This document shows positions 9,794-18,379 of a stretch of DNA of 64,000 nt, piece after piece; position 1 is the stretch's first letter, and every line of letters starts with the position of its first letter. The stretch spans positions 1,258,168 to 1,322,167 of the forward strand of contig NZ_JAJQXW010000001.1 in the NCBI RefSeq assembly GCF_021246445.1. Direction: 5' to 3'. Both the position numbers and the translations under genes were made by a program. The notes below the pieces were generated by a model. The model was not told the origin of the DNA. It worked only from the letters and a program-made list of their open reading frames with translations, and searched no databases. The stretch is from Rhabdothermincola salaria. GTDB taxonomy: Bacteria > Actinomycetota > Acidimicrobiia > Acidimicrobiales > Acidimicrobilacustridaceae.

Positions 9794-10812
9794 GCCAACG
9801 CCGCGTCGCCACCGCTCACCTCCGTGGCGTCGCCGTGCCTGCGCGTGCCGTCAGCGCGCGCCGAACGGGCCTCCGCCGACCGGTGCAGCGCCCGTGAAGT
9901 CACGATGAAGCTCGGGATCCCCGCGATCAGCACGACGGCGAGGCTGATCGCCCGCTCCGCGGAGGAACCCAGGATGCCGTCGCTGAACGGCCGACCCAAG
10001 GCAACGACCGCTGCTGCGATGGCCAGCTCGCGGATCCCGAGGCCGGCGGGGGTGATCGCCACGAAGGTCGCCAGCGCAGCGATGGGGGCGATGGCCAGGA
10101 AGAAGAAGTAGGAGTCGTCCACTCCGAGCCAGCCGAAAGCGATGTCCAGCCGCCAGGCGGCCAGCCCATAGCGGGCCGCCTCGAGCACGAAGACCACTGC
10201 GGCGGCGGCGCGTGCCCGACGGGCCCTCTCCCATCCCTGTCCGAGGCGCACCCAGGCCGACCCGAGACGGGTCTCCCGGGGTTTCGGCGACACCGGCACC
10301 ACCGCGGCCGCCCCTGCCACTGCGATCAGGAAGACCAACCCCACCGTCAGCAGCAACGACCAGGTGCCGTCGGTGAGGCCCAAGCAGACGAGGGCGAAGA
10401 GCCCGGTCACGCCCGTGGCGAAGATGGTGATCACGAAGTTGGCGCTGTAGGCCGCTGTGGAGATCGAGTACGGCATCTCGTGGACGTCGCGGAGGTACTT
10501 GAACCGATAGAGGGTGCCGATCTGGCCGGGCAGGTAGTTGCCGGCCTGGCCGGCGGAGTACAGCAGCCAGTTCTCGCCGTAGCCGATCCGCGCTCCCATC
10601 ACCCGGTACAGGAGCCCGAACTCCATGGCGTTCAAGAGGAATCCGAGTGCGCTCAGCACCGCCACCAGCAGGATCTGGGTGGGAGGGATGTCCCCCAGCG
10701 CCTCGAACTGCGAGCGTCGGCTGTAGACGTAGCCGCCCAGTAGGCCCACGGCCACCGTGGGGACCACGACGTTGTACAGCCACCAACGTCGACCCCGGAC
10801 CGAGCGAGTCAA
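9739..10812 (-). CDS. lysylphosphatidylglycerol-synthase-TM / flippase-like membrane protein
   Basis: multiple TMs, GNYLPGQIG and ITPAGLGIRE motifs. Confidence 0.8.
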   Translation of the reverse strand: MTRSVRGRRWWLYNVVVPTVAVGLLGGYVYSRRSQFEALGDIPPTQILLVAVLSALGFLLNAMEFGLLYRVMGARIGYGENWLLYSAGQAGNYLPGQIGTLYRFKYLRDVHEMPYSISTAAYSANFVITIFATGVTGLFALVCLGLTDGTWSLLLTVGLVFLIAVAGAAAVVPVSPKPRETRLGSAWVRLGQGWERARRARAAAAVVFVLEAARYGLAAWRLDIAFGWLGVDDSYFFFLAIAPIAALATFVAITPAGLGIRELAIAAAVVALGRPFSDGILGSSAERAISLAVVLIAGIPSFIVTSRALHRSAEARSARADGTRRHGDATEVSGGDAALAQDDRGARDRRWRFWRRM

Positions 10813-12569
10813 GTGACGAGCCGGCTGAACGATCCGTAGGACGCCAGCAGCCCGATCGCCTGGAAGGCGTGCTTGGAGATCGCCACTCGCTCCCGATAGA
10901 CGCGTTCGGCCACCTTCGGTCGCAGGATCTCCTCGACGTAGGCCCGGTCGTAGGCAAAGGGAAGGTCGTCGAGCAGTTCGAGGACCGTCGATCGAAGGGG
11001 ACCGGCATACCAGCCGTCCACCGGCGCTTCCGTGGGTGACTGCTTGGGTTGGTAGACGACCTCCTCGGGAAGTAGCCCTGCTGCGATGGCGGCCTCCTGG
11101 AGCACAGGCTTGCCCTCGGCCCCGCGCAGCCGCCCATGGGGTTGCTGGCGGTGGGTCGGCAACGCAGCGAACGCCTCCTTGAACCGCGGTGCGACGAACG
11201 GAGAGAAGACAGGGAGCCCGGTGCGCGCCACGACGCCCTCGACCTTCGACTGGCTCTGGCCGGTGAGGGTGTTGCCCTCCACCGCCAGTCGTGCCGAGGT
11301 GGTCTGGCGCGAGGCCTCGGCCAGACGACGCCGGACCTGGTCGACCGGTTCACTCTGGGTCGGTCCGGTCCCGCCCACCCGCAGACGGTGCAGGGCGACC
11401 TCGTCGAGGTAGCGCGTCGGGAGGTGGAGCCCGGCGGGGCCGTCCAGGAGGCTGGCGGACACAGCGCTCCGTCCCACCCGGGCGACGTGGCCCAGACGAC
11501 GGTCCACCGGTCGCGTGCCGAGGAGACGCAAGACGGCCTTGCGGACAGGAGCCGGCACCCGCCGCAGCGACGTGGTGGCGTTCGCCCGGGCGTTGATGGT
11601 GGGGTAGGCCGCGAACAGCGCATCGCAGCCGTCGCCGGTGAAGATCGCCTGTGCCCCGGCTGCTCTTGCGGCCTCGGCCGCGATGATGGTCTGGAGCTGG
11701 TAGTGGGGTTGGGGGCTCGGCTGGTTGAGCCTGGCGGGGAGCGTCGTCAACGCCTCCCCCATCAGGTCCGGGGTGAATCGCACCCAGTGGTGCTCGGCTC
11801 GAGCGGCGGCGACTGCGGCCTCGACGTGGCGCTGCTGGAAGCCGGGTTCCGCGTACGAGAATGTGAACGTGTGCACGGCGCGGCCGGTGCGGTGCAGGGC
11901 CGCCGCCACCAGGGCCGAGTCGAAACCGCCGAGGAGGACCCCGACCGTGCGTGCCGAGCCGGCCTGTTGGTCGACGACCTCGCACACCAGCTCGGCGAGA
12001 TCAGAAGCATCGGCTGGCTCGGTGGGCCCGGACTCCGCCGGTACCGCCTCCAGCTCGTCACCCGAGGCGACATCGAACACGGCCGGACGAGCCAGCACGG
12101 CGACGCCCTCGAACACCGTTCGGCCATCGGGGAGGAACCCGAAGCCCAACAGGAAGTCCTCGTAGGAGCGGTCCAGGGAGAGGTCCGGCCCGAGGGCCGC
12201 CGCCAGAGCGCCGACGTGGGTCGATACCAGCACCCCATTCGGCCCTCGGTGCTGGAAGAGACGCTGGTTGCCCTCGCCCGACCCGACCAGGAGCGTGCCT
12301 GCGTCGAGGGCCACGGCGACGGTGCCATCGGGCACTCGTCCGAGGCGCAGATCGGCGATCGGTGGTCCGGCTCGCACGCCGAGCGACGCCACGGCACCTT
12401 CAGGCGCTCGGCGGAGCTGGGCCATGGGCCCACCGCTCGAGGCTAGGGCGATGACCCCCCGACCGCCCTCGACCCGTTCGACTCCGGTGGCACCCTGTTC
12501 ACCTGCCCACGACAGAGCCCGCTCGATCGCGCCAGGGGCGAGATCGATCCCGGCGACGATCACGTGCAC
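10809..12569 (-). CDS. asparagine-synthetase-like (adenine nucleotide alpha-hydrolase) protein
   Basis: GVLLGGFDSALV, FTGDGCDALF, SPF, GKPVL, QPKQ motifs of the AsnB synthetase domain. Confidence 0.8.
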   Translation of the reverse strand: MHVIVAGIDLAPGAIERALSWAGEQGATGVERVEGGRGVIALASSGGPMAQLRRAPEGAVASLGVRAGPPIADLRLGRVPDGTVAVALDAGTLLVGSGEGNQRLFQHRGPNGVLVSTHVGALAAALGPDLSLDRSYEDFLLGFGFLPDGRTVFEGVAVLARPAVFDVASGDELEAVPAESGPTEPADASDLAELVCEVVDQQAGSARTVGVLLGGFDSALVAAALHRTGRAVHTFTFSYAEPGFQQRHVEAAVAAARAEHHWVRFTPDLMGEALTTLPARLNQPSPQPHYQLQTIIAAEAARAAGAQAIFTGDGCDALFAAYPTINARANATTSLRRVPAPVRKAVLRLLGTRPVDRRLGHVARVGRSAVSASLLDGPAGLHLPTRYLDEVALHRLRVGGTGPTQSEPVDQVRRRLAEASRQTTSARLAVEGNTLTGQSQSKVEGVVARTGLPVFSPFVAPRFKEAFAALPTHRQQPHGRLRGAEGKPVLQEAAIAAGLLPEEVVYQPKQSPTEAPVDGWYAGPLRSTVLELLDDLPFAYDRAYVEEILRPKVAERVYRERVAISKHAFQAIGLLASYGSFSRLVT

Positions 12570-13780
12570 GAAGCGGCCCCCTCGGTCGTCGTACCCACCA
12601 ACGCGACCACCTGATCTGAGATCGCCTCAGCCGACTGGCGCAGCTCGGGGCTCCGATCGCGAACGGTGGCCCGCACCTCGTCGAGGCGCTCGATCAGCTG
12701 TGAGATCGCGATCGACAACCGGTCGCCGTCGAGGTCGGCGGGGTCGACGACGTAGTCGGAGAGTCCCGCCGAGGCGGCGAAGCCACTCGCCTTGTGCTCG
12801 TAGGGGATGGTCACCGCGGCCACTCCGGCGGAGACGGCGAAGACCAGGGGGTGGTAGCGCCCGGCCAGCACGAAGTCGCTGGCCGCGACCAAACCTCGTT
12901 GCTCGTCACTGCTCAGGTCCTCGGGCACCACCACCACCGAGCCACCCCGCCGACGGGCCCGAACCGCAAGCTTCTCCAGGTACGGCTGGTCACGATGGCG
13001 CGGCCCGTGCAACTGCGGGAGCAGGAGCACCGTGCGTCCTGCATCGCCGACCTGGATCAGGGCATCGACGACCGCGTCGTCGTGCATCTCTCTCCCATCG
13101 GGACCGGGATCTCGGAAGGTCGCAGTGACGATCGGCTGCGTTCTGGGGGTCCCGTCGTCGAACCAGGGCGACGGATCGACGGGCTCCACCGACTGCTGGA
13201 GAGCGGAGTCAGAGCCGAGGTGCACCTCCCGCCCCGTGAACGACTCCAGGTGACCCACCGAGATCTGCTCTCGGGCGCTCAGGAACCGAAACCATCCGAA
13301 ACCCCGTCGACGCAGGGGGTTCAGCAGCCGATTGCGCAACGGCCCGGCAGAGGGCTGGTACAGGCACAGGGGCTTGCGGTGGAGCCTGGCGAGCCAGGCG
13401 TAGAACCAGTGCACGGCCTCGTGGTTCGCATAGAGGTCTCCGAAATACGGACCACCGGGCGCCGAGATCACCAGATCGGCGCGTGCGTAGGCCTCCACGA
13501 TCTGGAGACCCAGCGGCCCCAACAGCGACCTCGGCGCAGCTCCCACCCGCCGGAGGAGGGCCCAGAGCGAGAGCCGAAGCGCCTCCGGTATCGGCAGGCG
13601 AAGCGGCAGGTAGTCGACTCGTTCGTAGTCGATCGCGCTCTTCGGGTCGGCGAACTGGTGGAGCACCGTGATGTCGGAATCCGGAACTCGGCTCCGGAGT
13701 GCGGCGAACAGCCCCTTCATCGCGGCCTCGTCGCCCCGGTTGTCGCCGTGCTGGTTGATCACCAAGAAGCGCGTCGCCAT
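12560..13780 (-). CDS. polysaccharide pyruvyl transferase family protein (WcaK/CsaB-like)
   Basis: NRGDEA, GGPYFGD, SAGP, AREQIS, GRYHPLVFA, YEHK motifs; ATG 13780. Confidence 0.88.
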   Translation of the reverse strand: MATRFLVINQHGDNRGDEAAMKGLFAALRSRVPDSDITVLHQFADPKSAIDYERVDYLPLRLPIPEALRLSLWALLRRVGAAPRSLLGPLGLQIVEAYARADLVISAPGGPYFGDLYANHEAVHWFYAWLARLHRKPLCLYQPSAGPLRNRLLNPLRRRGFGWFRFLSAREQISVGHLESFTGREVHLGSDSALQQSVEPVDPSPWFDDGTPRTQPIVTATFRDPGPDGREMHDDAVVDALIQVGDAGRTVLLLPQLHGPRHRDQPYLEKLAVRARRRGGSVVVVPEDLSSDEQRGLVAASDFVLAGRYHPLVFAVSAGVAAVTIPYEHKASGFAASAGLSDYVVDPADLDGDRLSIAISQLIERLDEVRATVRDRSPELRQSAEAISDQVVALVGTTTEGAASCT

Positions 13781-13793
13781 GGGAGGTCGAATG

Positions 13794-14984
13794 CTAGTGG
13801 CCCCAGTAGCGATGGCGGCCACGAAGGCTCGCGGCTCGCAACGCCTCCCCGATCTGATCTCGGAGGGCCTCCGGCGAGAAGGCCTCGAGAGCCCGACTGC
13901 GAGCGGCGCTTCGTCGCTCCTCCAGGTACTCCGGATCCGAAGCGAGCGCCACGATGGCGTCCGCCAGGGCCTCGGCATCGCCTGCAGGGACGTAGATCCC
14001 GGCACCGCCCAGGACCGCTCGCTGGGATTCGGTTCCCGAAGTGACCACGGCGCAACCGGCCGCAGCGCCTTGGTAGACCTTGTTCGGCACCACCCGCATC
14101 GCCTTCGGAGTGGTGCCGAAGATCCCCAGGCACACATCGTGAGCTGCCACCGTCCGAGCCAGGGCCTCCGGCTCCAGCCAGTCCACCCATCGCACCGATG
14201 GGTTCGGGCCCACCGTCTCCTCGACGAGTGCCCGCTGCTGCCCGTCTCCGATGAGTGTCCAGGTGACGGCCGCCCGGGCGTCGACCCGGCGGATGGCCTC
14301 GGCGATCACGGTCGTGCCCTGCAGCGGGGTGTAGAGACCGAAGAAGCAGACCTCCAGCGGACCGGTCGGGTCCGGCGCCCCACCGTCGCTGTGGAACCAC
14401 TCGTCAGGAGCACCGACGTGGACCACGAGGGCCTTCTCGGTCGCCTTGGCGGTCGTCGACCCGAGGATGCGGTGAGCCTCGGTGTCCCAGACCACCACGG
14501 ATGACGCCGCTGAGGCGACACGATCGATGACACGGAGCAGGCCGCCCAGCGGCAGGTCCCGATCCTCGGCGATGCCTCCCAGAGGCGCCATGTTGTCGAG
14601 GATGACTGGCGCTGCGAAACAGCAACGAGCCAGGTGGACGTCGAGCACACCGAGGTAGCCGACCAGCACGACATCGGGCGTCTCCCGCCCGATGCGGCGA
14701 GCCCGCCGAGCGAGCCTCCACCACACCTTGAGAAGCTGGAGCAGGACCGGGCCGGCCAGCCACGGCCGCCTCACGAGGCGAACCCGCTCCGCCGTGGAGA
14801 CGCGCAGCGGTTCGTTGCACTTCACGACGCGATGACCGAGGCCTTCCATGGCCTCGACCAACACCTTCACCCGAGGGTGGCTCGCCTCGTCGAAGGTACC
14901 GAAGACGACGACGGTCAGCGGTGAAGAAGAGCCCTCGACTCGCCCAGCCGACGCCGATCCGGACCAGGATCGGGGGTCCGTCAA
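13794..14984 (-). CDS. GT4-family glycosyltransferase
   Basis: FFGLYTPLQG, LGIFG..KAMRVVPNKVYQ motifs. Confidence 0.85.
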   Translation of the reverse strand: MTDPRSWSGSASAGRVEGSSSPLTVVVFGTFDEASHPRVKVLVEAMEGLGHRVVKCNEPLRVSTAERVRLVRRPWLAGPVLLQLLKVWWRLARRARRIGRETPDVVLVGYLGVLDVHLARCCFAAPVILDNMAPLGGIAEDRDLPLGGLLRVIDRVASAASSVVVWDTEAHRILGSTTAKATEKALVVHVGAPDEWFHSDGGAPDPTGPLEVCFFGLYTPLQGTTVIAEAIRRVDARAAVTWTLIGDGQQRALVEETVGPNPSVRWVDWLEPEALARTVAAHDVCLGIFGTTPKAMRVVPNKVYQGAAAGCAVVTSGTESQRAVLGGAGIYVPAGDAEALADAIVALASDPEYLEERRSAARSRALEAFSPEALRDQIGEALRAASLRGRHRYWGH

Positions 14985-15027
14985 CTCGGTGACCCTTCGC
15001 GACGGATCGGAGACCGGCGGGTGGGCA

Positions 15028-17100
15028 CTAGAAGGTGCGACAGCCGATCAGGGCGTTGGCGCCGGGCGGGGCCACGTCGATCGCGAACACACACATCTGG
15101 TTGGTGCCAGGGGGCCCCGGCGTGACCGGAACCAAGCCGTCGTAGCCGTGCGCGTTGCCGAACCCCGGGTAGGCCTGTCCCACGTCCGCTCTCTGGCGGT
15201 CGGCCGTCAGGACGTAGCCTTGACCGTTGACGTAGACGTGCACGGGGATGGACGCCGAGGTGTTCGGGTCGATCGCCCACCCGGCCACCCGGAGGCCGCT
15301 GGGCACCTCCGAGACCAGGTCGAGCGAACCGAACGGGCTCCCCGACCCGGTGACGGTGACCGTGCGGCATCCGAGGAGGCGGTTGGATCCCGAGCCGGAG
15401 GCGTTGATGGCGTAGGCGCACACCGAGTGGACGCCGGCCTCCGCCGGGATCGATCCGCGGAACCCGTGGTTGTTGCCATAGCCGGGGAATGCTCGCCCGA
15501 CGTCGGAACGCCCACGATCAGCGGTGAGGGCCAACCCGGTGCCGGCCCCGTAGACGTGCACCGGGATGGGAGCGGCGGTGTCCGGGTCGATCGCCCAGCC
15601 GCTCACGTCGATGCGGCCGTTGCCACCTCGGACGACGTCGAGCGAGCCGAACGGGTCGCCTGTCGGGAGCACCACGGTGCGGCAGCCCAGGTACGTGTTG
15701 CCGCCCGGACCGGCCTTGTTGATGGCATAGGCGCACACCTGCTGCCGGCCGCCCCCTGCGGGGAGCACGACGTCGAAGCCGTGGTTGGCGCTCCACCAGG
15801 GGAAGGCGGACTGGACGTCGGAGCGGGCCTTGGAGGCGGTGACAGCCGTCCCCACACCGTTGACGTAGATGTGCACGTCGGGGGACGAGACGGTGTTCGG
15901 ATCGAGCGCCCATCCCGCGACGCGGACCTGCCCCGGGCCTGCCGACCTGACCGCATCGAGGTTCCCGACCGGGCTCCCGCCCAGGTTCCGGCAACCGAGG
16001 CCCACGTTGCCACCGGGGCCGGTGTTGATGGCGTAGACGCACACCTGACGAGCGCCGTCGGGCACCGGCACGGTCGTGGAGTAGCCATGGTCGGGCCCGA
16101 AGCCTCGATAGGCGACGCCGACGTCGTTGCGGGTCTTGGACGCCGTGGTGGAGTGCCCCTGGCCGTCGACGTAGACGTGCACCGAGATGGGGTCGGTCGT
16201 GTCGGGGTCGATCGCCCAGCCCGACACCCGCGCCGAGTTGGGTCCTTCCATGGCCACCGCGTCGACGCTCCCGAAGGGGTTTCCCGCGCTCCCACCCCCG
16301 CCTGCCAGCCCGGTCAGGTTCGCGAGCGAACAGCAGAATCGGTTGAGATCGACGTTTCCGACGATGCCGGGCACGCTCCCGGTGGAGGTGTACTGCCAGA
16401 ACGTCCACGTCGCCCACCCCGATGGCACCAAGGGCGTGAAGGTGGTGCTGTCGGGGTTCAGCGGGTAGCTCGGGAGCCAGAGGCGGTACTTGGCGCCGAT
16501 GTCGGTGGGGTTGCCCACGGCGTCGCGCCAGAAGTAGTAGCCGGTGTACACGATGGGGGCCCGCCCGGTGAGACGCTCCACCTCGGCCAACCAGATCCGC
16601 GCCCACTGGGCGAGATCGCCCTTGGAGAGGCCACCCGACTCCTCGAGGTCGAGCACCGCTGGGAGGTCACGGGCGCCCGACAGCGACCCGGTGGCGGAGA
16701 CGAAGTAGCGGGCCTGATCGACCGCGCTGGAGAGCGGCAGCTTGGGTCGGGCGTAGTGGTAGGCGCCCCGGTACAGCCCGGCCGCAGCGGCGCCGGCGAA
16801 GTCGGTCGTGTAGAAGGGGTTGCGGTAGGTGGTGCCCTCGGTGGCCTTCACGAAGGCGAACGAGTGCCCGGCGTTGCGCACCTGCGACCAGTTGATCGGC
16901 GCACCGTTGGGATGCTGGTCGGTCGGCGGATGCTGCCAGCTGGCCACGTCGACCCCGGTGAGCTGCGCCGCAGCCGGGATCGCCGCTCCGCCGACGATCG
17001 CCACCACCACCACGAGCGCCGTCGCCAGTCGACGCCGCGCCCGGGATGGCCACGCCGTGGCCTTCGGTCGGCCACTTGTCCGAGCGGGAGGATTGCTCAT
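15028..17100 (-). CDS. secreted GH25 muramidase with four C-terminal ~100-aa repeats
   Basis: signal peptide; GVDVASWQ, VKATEG, GAYHY, LDLEE (DxE), WQYTS, NVDLN; repeats beginning GNPFGSVD/GSPVGNLD/GDPFGSLD/GSPFGSLD. Confidence 0.9.
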   Translation of the reverse strand: MSNPPARTSGRPKATAWPSRARRRLATALVVVVAIVGGAAIPAAAQLTGVDVASWQHPPTDQHPNGAPINWSQVRNAGHSFAFVKATEGTTYRNPFYTTDFAGAAAAGLYRGAYHYARPKLPLSSAVDQARYFVSATGSLSGARDLPAVLDLEESGGLSKGDLAQWARIWLAEVERLTGRAPIVYTGYYFWRDAVGNPTDIGAKYRLWLPSYPLNPDSTTFTPLVPSGWATWTFWQYTSTGSVPGIVGNVDLNRFCCSLANLTGLAGGGGSAGNPFGSVDAVAMEGPNSARVSGWAIDPDTTDPISVHVYVDGQGHSTTASKTRNDVGVAYRGFGPDHGYSTTVPVPDGARQVCVYAINTGPGGNVGLGCRNLGGSPVGNLDAVRSAGPGQVRVAGWALDPNTVSSPDVHIYVNGVGTAVTASKARSDVQSAFPWWSANHGFDVVLPAGGGRQQVCAYAINKAGPGGNTYLGCRTVVLPTGDPFGSLDVVRGGNGRIDVSGWAIDPDTAAPIPVHVYGAGTGLALTADRGRSDVGRAFPGYGNNHGFRGSIPAEAGVHSVCAYAINASGSGSNRLLGCRTVTVTGSGSPFGSLDLVSEVPSGLRVAGWAIDPNTSASIPVHVYVNGQGYVLTADRQRADVGQAYPGFGNAHGYDGLVPVTPGPPGTNQMCVFAIDVAPPGANALIGCRTF

Positions 17101-17225
17101 CGGTGCACCATCTCTGCCTTCGGTATCGACGCCGCAGGGACGTCCCCACGACATCGGCACGATCGGACCCCGCCTGAAGTGTGGCAGATGGACGGCCGTC
17201 GGTACCGGCCGAGGCCCGTCGCGGA

Positions 17226-18332
17226 TCAGGCCAGGTCCACGACCGAGTGGTCACCCACCATGAGCCGCGTGGCCCGGGGGCGCGTCTCGGAGCGCCGCAC
17301 CAGGACCTGCTTGCCGATGAGGGAGTCGGCCACGCGGGCGATGTCGAGCACCTTGGACTCCTCGAGGACGACCGAGTGCTCGATCTCGGAGTCCACGATC
17401 TCGCAGTCGAAGTACACCGAGGTGAACGGTCCGATGTAGCTGTTCACCACGCGGGTGCGCTCGCCGATGATGGCGGGGCCTCGCACCGTGGAGTTGATGA
17501 TCTGGGCGCCCTCCTCGATCACCACGCGCCCGTCGATGAGCGAGTCGGCGTCGACGCTGCCGCGAACCTCCGGCTCGATGGTCTCGAGCACCAGGCGGTT
17601 CCCCTCGAGGAGGGGCTGGAGCTTGCCGGTGTCCTTCCACCAACCGTCGAGGACCTCGTGACGGACCCGCTTGCCGGCGTCGATGAGCCACTGGATGGCG
17701 TCGGTGATCTCGAGCTCCCCCCGATCGGAGGGCTCGATGGTGGCGACGGCCTCGTGGATGCTGGGATCGAAGAGGTACACCCCCACCAGCGCCAGGTCCG
17801 ACGGCGGTTCCACCGGCTTCTCGACCAGACGCACCACCTCTCCGCTGGCGCCGATCTCGGCGACACCGAAGCGCTGCGGATCGGAGACCTTCGCCAGCAG
17901 GATCTGGGCCGAGGGGGCCGCCTCGGACTGATCGAGCGTCGGCGCGTCGAAGCGTCGGCGATCGGCTTCGAAGCGCTCGACGAACTCGGCGATGCCCTGG
18001 CGCAGCAGGTTGTCGCCGAGGTACATCACGAAGTCGTCGTCGCCCAGGAAGTCGCGAGCGATCAGCACGCAGTGGGCCAGCCCCAGGGGTGCGTCCTGGG
18101 GGATGTAGGTGACGGTCGCGCCCCAGCGGGAGCCGTCACCGACCGCGGCCCGGATCTCGGCGCCGGTGTCGCCGGTGATGATGCCGATCTCGGTGATGCC
18201 GGCCTCGACCATGTCCTCGATCCCGTAGAACAGGATCGGCTTGTTGGCCACCGGGACGAGCTGCTTGGCACTCGTGTGGGTGATCGGTCGCAGTCGGGTG
18301 CCGGCGCCGCCGGAGAGGATGAGGCCCTTCAC
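17226..18332 (-). CDS. rfbA: glucose-1-phosphate thymidylyltransferase (long form)
   Basis: GLILSGGAGTRLRPIT, KQLVPVANKP, LGDN, VEKP, RGELEITD; C-terminal left-handed beta-helix-like region. Confidence 0.95.
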   Translation of the reverse strand: MKGLILSGGAGTRLRPITHTSAKQLVPVANKPILFYGIEDMVEAGITEIGIITGDTGAEIRAAVGDGSRWGATVTYIPQDAPLGLAHCVLIARDFLGDDDFVMYLGDNLLRQGIAEFVERFEADRRRFDAPTLDQSEAAPSAQILLAKVSDPQRFGVAEIGASGEVVRLVEKPVEPPSDLALVGVYLFDPSIHEAVATIEPSDRGELEITDAIQWLIDAGKRVRHEVLDGWWKDTGKLQPLLEGNRLVLETIEPEVRGSVDADSLIDGRVVIEEGAQIINSTVRGPAIIGERTRVVNSYIGPFTSVYFDCEIVDSEIEHSVVLEESKVLDIARVADSLIGKQVLVRRSETRPRATRLMVGDHSVVDLA

Positions 18333-18379
18333 AGGCTTCTGTCTACCATCGCCCCACTACGCCACCGGCCCTGCGGAAC

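Noticed and set aside
15028..17100. Prophage endolysin reading of the GH25 gene
   Set aside because: Has a signal peptide, sits in a glycan locus, and no holin or other phage genes are nearby
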